This document shows positions 35,660 to 43,653 of a DNA stretch of 43,653 nucleotides, in pieces; position 1 is the first letter of the stretch, and each line of letters opens with the position of its first letter. The notes below the pieces were generated by a model, which worked only from the letters and a program-made list of their open reading frames with translations, ran no database searches and was not told the DNA's origin. The position numbers were made by a program, and so were the translations under genes. The stretch is from Octopus bimaculoides (Eukaryota): assembly GCF_001194135.2 (NCBI RefSeq), contig NC_069004.1, forward strand, positions 34,094,575-34,138,227, read 5' to 3'.

Positions 35660-35990
35660 CATCTTCGGTCATGAATGATAACGAGATTGCATCTAGAAAG
35701 TTCGCCTCCAAGGCATAATTCCGAGCAAGTTTGTTTATGGAAGACCGGCGTCGCCCAAGCATAGCAGCCTCCCCTCTCCATGCCACCGATGTTATCCAAG
35801 GAAAAGGCAAAGACCGATGCAGCTTGGCACCAGTGACGTCGCAACTCATTTCTACAGCTGAGTGAACTGGAGTAACGAGAAATAAAGTGTTTTGCTCAAG
35901 AACACAACATACAGTCCGGTCTGGGAATAGAACTCACTACCTCATGATTGTGTTCCCGAAACTCTAACCACTGATCCATGCGCTTTCACT
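35660..35990 (-). mobile_element. SINE with head 2, TGTTCTTGAGCAA motif and tail Y
   Basis: Minus strand: GTGAAAGCGCATGGATCAGTGGTTAGAG..GTGAGTTCTATTCCC..GTTGTGTTCTTGAGCAAAACACTTTATTTC.CGTT.CTCCAGTTCACTCAGCTG, followed by a tail unrelated to tail X. Confidence 0.8.
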
Positions 35991-36159
35991 TCCATAATAT
36001 TAAGGAAGGAAAAACACAGGAGTCAGCATCAAAGACTTCGATGATACCGTTGATCTCTGGTGCCTAGAGAATCCCTGAGTTCTTTTCGCAAGGGTAACAG
36101 TTTGGATGGTCAGGAATAGATTGCATTTGATCCTAGACTTGCACATTCATGACCGACAA

Positions 36160-36237
36160 CAACAAAGTCAACAACAAAAATAATAAAAATAGCAACAACA
36201 ACAAAATCAGTTACATCAAAGGTTGCAACCGTAATAA

Positions 36238-36284
<47 letters not shown>

Positions 36285-36597
36285 ACATCAGCTGCTCAAT
36301 AGCCATTGCCCGCCATATCGGGTACCCGTCAGGTACGCGTCACATACCCGTTACATGTAAATGTAAACTCAGTAACGATAATGGTATTTTCATGATACCA
36401 ATTAACTCGTCTTCTATGGCAGCCATTTCCTTCTATCACCACCCCCACCACTCCACCGGCAACTACTGTTGCTGCTACAACATCAACAACTACTACTAAC
36501 ACCGCTACTACTACTACTACAGCCACTGTTATCAGTTCCTCCACAACAACCACGATAATGATGACCAGTCTACACAACCGTGACTAACACATCGGTA

Positions 36598-36633
<36 letters not shown>

Positions 36634-36820
36634 TAGAGAGACAGAGATAAAAGAAAGAAAGAGGAAAAGAGAGGAAGAGAAAGAAATCAGAGAAAAAGAG
36701 TGAGAAAGAAAGAAAAAAGAGACAGTACGTTCGTGTGTATGCGAGTGTGTGTGTGTGTGTATGTGTTTGAGAGATGGAGTAATAGGGAGAAATGTATAAA
36801 GTGAGAAGAGGAGGCGGAGG
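36160..36820. repeat. (AAC)/(ATC)/(ACT) triplet mosaic and (TG)/(GA) tracts
   Basis: Direct inspection; interrupted by a unique island at 36290-36430. Confidence 0.8.
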
Positions 36821-37416
36821 AGGAGTGAAAGACACGACGAGAGGAAGAGGGGACGAAACGTCAGTTGCGTTTCCGAAACAAGTGAGAAATCTAATCGCCA
36901 TCAAAGCACTTCGTGCCGCAAATTAAGATGTAAACTGGCTGAAACAAGGTTTGCTTATTAGAGTGGCTACACATTTGAAGTGTGCAGTCGGGGTACTTTT
37001 CTGTGGGTGGCTGGATATGGATGTTCAGTGAGAGAGTGTTGGGTTGTAAGGGGGAAGGGTTCGTTACGGTGTTAGGGTGTGTTAGGGTACAATGGATAAT
37101 GCTTAAAGAATAAAACAGCAGACAATTAGTCTTGAGTGTGTGTGTTTGTGTTTATGTGCGTGTGTGTGTTTCTGTGATTATTCGCATTTGATCACAGTGG
37201 GGTTGTTGTTGTTGTCGCTGTTGTTGTTGTTGTTGTTGTTTATATTCTTGAAAATTGTTTATATTTCCTCTTTGGACGCAGACTGAAGCTATTTCAACAT
37301 CATTAAAAATTTCCACCTCCGTTACTGTGTTCGTGTGTGTGTGTGTGCGTATATGTATGATTCGATGCGCCATACATATATAAATATATGAACATATGTG
37401 TGTGTGTATGTATATA

Positions 37417-37487
<71 letters not shown>

Positions 37488-37749
37488 ACTTGTGTGAATG
37501 TTTATGTGGATCATATGTATATCTCTTCAGTGCAATTTAAACAGACACCCGCTGGCGGTGGCGGCCATCAAGCTCCCTTCCATCTGCTTTTCTCTTTTAC
37601 TCTCAAACCATTTCAGGCTTTTTACAAATATAAAACTTTGCTGTCTTCCTCATCTTTGTTTATCTACTTATTATTATTATTATTATCACTATTATTATTA
37701 TCATTGTTGTTATTATTATTATCATTATTATTATCGTTGTAATTTCTGG

Positions 37750-37930
37750 ATTGGTTGATCTGTTAGAATGTCAGACAAAAGTCCTTGTGGTGTTTCTGCC
37801 GGCTATTTACCTTCTGTTCAAATCTCGCCGAGGTTAAATTCGGTTTTTCGCCCGTTAACGTCCGCTAATATAAAGACCCAGCCAAATACTTTGGTCGACT
37901 AATCTCCTGTCTCAAAATTATTGCGTGCAT
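37750..37930 (+). mobile_element. Highly degenerate family A SINE
   Basis: GTTCAAATCTCGCCGAGGTTAAATT..TTGGTCGACTAATC. Confidence 0.5.
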
Positions 37931-38109
37931 ACATATATGCATGTATGCATACATACATACATATGTATAATATGACACACATGTTTTGGAAAGACGTGTT
38001 CGTAATGTGTAGGCGCTTTCACTGTTTATTTCTTTTCAAATACACGTGTTATGGGGTAATCTGTAATGACATTGTTTTTTATAGTAACGTTGATTATTGC
38101 CGGTTCAGT

Positions 38110-38690
38110 TTAATTTGGAGTGAGGACGTTAATCGATTACATCGACCCAGTATGCGACTGGGACTTAATTCGTCAACCCCGAAACGATGACTGGCAAAGT
38201 TCACCTCGGCGGAATTTGAATTCAGAATGTAAACGATGGACGAAATGCTGCTAAAGATTTTGTCCGGCGTGCTAACGTTTCCGTCAGCTCATTATAGATA
38301 ACCTTTCTATTATAAGCGCTAGAACTGAAGTTTTGAAGAAGGGACAAGTAGACCCCCAAAAGTATTATGAATTCTGAAAGGACGTCAGACTAAATCGATA
38401 TCTTTGAAAGTTTTGGCATAAAACCAGCAATTTTACGGACCTGAGATTATTCGATTACATCGACCCAACTATTTATCTAGTAATTATTTTATCGACCCCC
38501 CAAAAATCAAAAGTTTTTGATTTAGGCATAAGGTCAGTTATTCCATGAAAGGAAGTCTTTATCATCGACACCGTTACCTAAAAGCTACGTTATTTCCTTC
38601 ACCCTCGAAAGGATGAAAGGGACCGTTGTTTGGGGTGGGATTTGAACCTTACAGCTCAGATAATATGGACGAAAAGCGTGAACGTTGCTT
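38110..38690 (-). mobile_element. Cluster of at least three antisense family A SINE copies or fragments
   Basis: 38110-38292 is near complete (CTCGGCGGAATTTGAA..GTGCTAACG). Further CGATTACATCGACCC and CGAAAGGATGAAAGG units continue to ~38690. Confidence 0.75.
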
Positions 38691-39104
38691 ATGTCGTTAT
38701 GAATTTCATAGTTGCTTTAGCATTTATTTTTCCCTCACATCTAATTCGCTGTCCCATCACTTTTTCTCGGTTCAGCATTAAATTTTATGAAGGCAAAACG
38801 AAAAATCAAAATCGTTAAACGATGTANNNNNNNNNNNNNNNNNNNNNNNNNNNNNNNNNNNNNNNNNNNNNNNNNNNNNNNNNNNNNNNNNNNNNNNNNN
38901 NNNNNNNNNNNNNNNNNNNNNNNNNNNNNNNNNNNNNNNNNNNNNNNNNNNNNNNNNNNNNNNNNNNNNNNNNNNNNNNNNNNNNNNNNNNNNNNNNNNN
39001 NNNNNNNNNNNNNNNNNNNNNNNNNNNNNNNNNNNNNNNNNNNNNNNNNNNNNNNNNNNNNNNNNNNNNNNNNNNNNNNNNNNNNNNNNNNNNNNNNNNN
39101 NNNN

Positions 39105-39159
<55 letters not shown>

Positions 39160-39456
39160 TATACATATGTCTATACATACATGCATATACATATACATTC
39201 ATATATATAAATAAATAAATATACATATATATATATATCTGTATATACATGTCTGTGTGTGTGTGTGCGTGTGTGTAAAGAGAGATATATATATATATAT
39301 GTGTGTGTGTATATATATATATGTATATGTATATATATATGTGTGTGTGTGTGTGTGTATGTATGTATAAATATATTCACTGAAAGTCTGTAGGTATGCA
39401 CATGCATGTATATACATATACATACATGTGTGTATGTCTGTAGAGAGAGAAAGAGA

Positions 39457-39506
<50 letters not shown>

Positions 39507-40393
39507 CATACATACATATATAGATAGAGAAATAGATACATACAGAGAGAGAGACAGAGAGGGGGAGGGAGAGAGAGCAATGTTAATACATACATGTAGA
39601 TGTATGCATAGCTATAAATATTTATATATGTATATACACACACATATATAAAGATACATAGACACATGCTTGCGTAGACGGAAATATACGTGCATAGAAA
39701 TACATATGTACATTTAAAAAATACAGACTTATGTATATACAATATAAATATACTGTCCAGCATGAACAGACAAATCAAAAAATACATGTGTATAAATATA
39801 TACATACACACACATATGTATGTATACATGTCTATATATTTGTATATANNNNNNNNNNGTGTGTGTGTATATATATAGATATATAATTTAAACTTATACA
39901 TGCATATTTACTCACACGTATATATGTATATTATATAATAAATATATATATATATAATTTAAACGTATGTATAGATATGTAATTTTTATGTAGATGCATA
40001 CATACACCCACTTATATGTCTGTATGTATATATGTATGTAGTGAGAGACAGGGAATTAGATACATATCCAAAGACACTTATATATTCCGAGGAAAATCTA
40101 ATTCTGCAGAATGTCACAATGGCCGTTATTTTTGGTTTCTTTTACTTTTCCTAAATATTGGTCCGAATATTATTTTTGTTTTTCAAGTTTTAAATTCTTT
40201 CTAAACACACACACATAACATCACTCACGCATTTGTGTGTATACTAGTGTATGTATAAAAGATATATGAGTGCGTATACATACACCCACACATGTGTACA
40301 TATATATAAGAGCGTGTGTGTGTGTCTGTCCATATGTATAAATGTATATTCATAAATATCTGTGTACAAATAAACACGTACTTTTTGGGTACG

Positions 40394-40438
<45 letters not shown>

Positions 40439-40546
40439 GCAAACATATACGTATACGTAGATATATTTACGTATATATATGTATATGCATGTGTATATCG
40501 CCAAGATTTATATATGAATAACTATTACCATTCATATATGTATGTA

Positions 40547-40583
<37 letters not shown>

Positions 40584-40754
40584 GTATACACCACACACAT
40601 TTATATTTAGACATATGTAATATCACTACATGTATATGTATACGAATACATACGCACACACACGCACACACACACACATATATATATATANNNNNNNNNN
40701 NNNNNNNNNNNNNNNNNNNNNNNNNNNNNNNNNNNNNNNNNNNNNNNNNNNGTG

Positions 40755-40787
<33 letters not shown>

Positions 40788-40880
40788 TATATATATAATA
40801 TATATATATGCATACATATATATATATACATAGATACATACATATTTATAAATATATATTTATGTACATATATGCTTATA
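39105..40880. repeat. Extended (TA)/(CA)/(TG) microsatellite-rich region with gaps at 39849-39858 and 40691-40751
   Basis: Direct inspection. Confidence 0.85.
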
Positions 40881-41496
40881 CATACATCCACTTGCGTCCT
40901 TTAGTCTAGCTTGGACATCATGGCGCCTATTGATCAATCACGTGGTACGCCCCATAGAACATCTTGTCAATAAATGAATAATTTTTTTCTTCAAACTGAA
41001 ACAATTGAACACAATACCATTTTATTTAAAATAATAAAAAAAAATATATTTTCCCCGATTTTTTTCCTTCTCTTAAATTTTTTAAAACATTTGTGTTTTC
41101 TTTTATTTCGTTTTTATGTTCCTGAAATTTTGAATATATTACTGGCCGTTGCGACATTAAAATCTCAGCTTGGAGAAACGTCTGTTTTACATGCCTTCCT
41201 GGTTTTATTCTCTTGCTTATTTTCCCATAAAGAAGGAGACAATCTCCAACTAAGAACTTATGGATACTTTACGTATTGAATTTAGTCAGCAATAGCAACA
41301 ACAATAAAAAACAATAACAGCACTAATACAAGCAACAACACAAACAACAACTGGAGCGGTGGCAACTGAGCAATTTAAAGACAAAAACAGTGACACCAGC
41401 TGCAGAAGCAGCAGCAATATGAAATCGGCAGCAAAACAGGAATATCTTTTATTTCTGAAAAATCCTGTATTTATAGTTTATGGTTTAATTACACGT

Positions 41497-41544
<48 letters not shown>

Positions 41545-41564
41545 TCACCATATAGGTGCTAACG

Positions 41565-41770
41565 TTGCTGTGAGGTAAAAAGCTTTCTTCCCAGCAACAA
41601 GGTTCTGGGTTCAGTCACACTGCGTGACACCTTGATGAGGTTTCTTCTACTATAGCCTCGGGTCGACTTAACCCTTGTGAGTGGATTTGGTAGATGGAAA
41701 CTGAAAGAAGTCCGTCGTACATACACACACAGACACACACACATACATATATATATATGAGTGTGTGTGT
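41565..41770 (+). mobile_element. Family C SINE 5' half
   Basis: GCTGTGAGGTAAAAAGCTT..GGGTTCAGTCACACTGCGTGACACCTTG..CTACTATAGCCTCGGG..GTGAGTGGATTTGGTAGATGGAAACTGAAAGAAG. Confidence 0.85.
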
Positions 41771-41847
41771 ATATATATAAGATCCAAGTATCGAAATGTA
41801 GGAAGAAAGTTAGCGTCAACCGATCCGTAGTAAAAGAGTAAATGATA

Positions 41848-42186
41848 TTTTATCTTTTATCATTTACTTGTTTCGGTCATCATGCTGCGATAAGGCTGGC
41901 ACTTATTCTATCAGTCTCTTTTACTGAACCGCTTCGCTATGGCAACGTAAAACCACCAACACCGGCTGTCAAGCTTGGCCGAGGGTCAAACACAGACACA
42001 AAGACAAACACACACACACAGACACACACTTGTATAAAATAAGCTTATTTCAGTTACCGTCTCCCAAATCCACTCTCAATACTTTGGTCCGCCTGAGGCT
42101 ATACTAGAAGTCACCTGCCCGAGGTGCAACGCAGTGGGACTGAACTCGGAACAATGTGACTGCAAATGAAATTTCTTACCACACAT
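41848..42186 (-). mobile_element. Family C SINE, near full length, antisense
   Basis: Tail TTTACTTGTTTCGGTCAT..CTTATTCTATC.GTCTCTTTT, internal (CA)n, head CAAATCCACTC..GAGGCTATA..GCAGTGGGACTGAAC..CTTACCACACA. Confidence 0.8.
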
Positions 42187-42625
42187 GAATATATACACAT
42201 AGACATACTTTTAATTTTAGGGTGTAACCTTGTTGCGTTATATATTAAATTCTGCATAATTACGCAAAAAAATATACTGCTTAGTAAGAATCACACCGCC
42301 ACCAACTAATTCAATAACCTTGTCTAGAAACTGTGATAATGCCGTAGATAAAGGACATATGTTGGAAAGGAAGAAGATGTTTTGATACGAGTTACTCCCT
42401 GAACGAACTCCCGGCTTCCCTTATAAATAAGAGTAAACTGACAGGATATACTGTTGAGAAAGTATATTAGGAACAGTCATTTTTTTCTCCCTTTTTGTAG
42501 ATGTAATAATCTCATTTTATTATTGTTGTGGGTGTTACACTCGCTTTTTTTCACCGCAGTATATTAAAGAGTTCCGACAGAACTCTGTTAAATTATAATT
42601 GACAAAGGTAGGGTTCGTTTTTTTC

Positions 42626-42627
<2 letters not shown>

Positions 42628-42693
<66 letters not shown>

Positions 42694-43118
42694 NNNNNNN
42701 NNNNNNNNNNNNNNNNNNNNNNNNNNNNNNNNNNNNNNNNNNNNNNNNNNNNNNNNNNNNNNNNNNNNNNNNNNNNNNNNNNNNNNNNNNNNNNNNNNNN
42801 NNNNNNNNNNNNNNNNNNNNNNNNNNNNNNNNNNNNNNNNNNNNNNNNNNNNNNNNNNNNNNNNNNNNNNNNNNNNNNNNNNNNNNNNNNNNNNNNNNNN
42901 NNNNNNNNNNNNNNNNNNNNNNNNNNNNNNNNNNNNNNNNNNNNNNNNNNNNNNNNNNNNNNNNNNNNNNNNNNNNNNNNNNNNNNNNNNNNNNNNNNNN
43001 NNNNNNNNNNNNNNNNNNNNNNNNNNNNNNNNNNNNNNNNNNNNNNNNNNNNNNNNNNNNNNNNNNNNNNNNNNNNNNNNNNNNNNNNNNNNNNNNNNNN
43101 NNNNNNNNNNNNNNNNNN

Positions 43119-43180
<62 letters not shown>

Positions 43181-43653
43181 GTGTGTGTATGTGTATGTAC
43201 TCACAAAAAGTAAGTTATTTGATGGAGTAAAATATGTAAATCAGAGGTCTAGATGTAATATGGTTATGATGTGATGTGCAAGTTCTTCTATACACACATA
43301 CATACATACATATATACACACTCACACAATCATCCGCACACACATAACACATATATGCATGCAAATTATGTATTTGTACACTTATCTGTATATATTACAT
43401 ATACATATATGTGTGTGTGTGTGTTTGTATTAGTGTGTATGCATTGTATGTATACATGAAGACGTAAATATGTATGTATACAGTAAATTCATTCATATAT
43501 GTGTACACACATTAACACACTCACACAAGCATATATATACGTGTCTGTGTGTACACGTATATGAGTCACCACCGCCACATCCGCCTCCGCCAACATTAGC
43601 TGTCACCGCCAAGATTACCACCCCATCGTCTCCACCCCATCACCTTCGCCACC
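42628..43653. repeat. (TA)n tracts around the gap at 42694-43118, ending in an (ACC)-type triplet mosaic
   Basis: Direct inspection. Confidence 0.85.

Overview
Repeat-saturated, AT-rich animal genomic DNA from a draft assembly with 11 N-gaps. I recognise the repeat families as those of an octopod cephalopod, most likely Octopus; this is recognition, not a database result. I can support no intact host protein-coding gene, tRNA or rRNA gene, or CRISPR array, so the window looks intronic or intergenic. It holds more than 25 copies or fragments of one tRNA-derived SINE (family A, head GGCGGCGAGCTGGCAGAA) and about 8 copies or fragments of a CORE-motif SINE with an internal microsatellite (family C). 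There are also three modular SINEs that swap heads and tails, decayed non-LTR retrotransposon fragments (one R4/Dong-like RT, two HERO/NeSL-like restriction-like endonuclease 3' ends), a Penelope-like terminus with a minimal hammerhead-ribozyme motif beside a ~90-bp palindrome, a HINE/Helentron-like element, and very dense simple repeats. Almost every supplied ORF is a microsatellite or N-gap artefact. I see no convincing wholly new biological system. The best leads concern retroelement biology: the hammerhead motif, SINE target sites matching the SINE tail, a structurally conserved twin hairpin, and SINE module shuffling.
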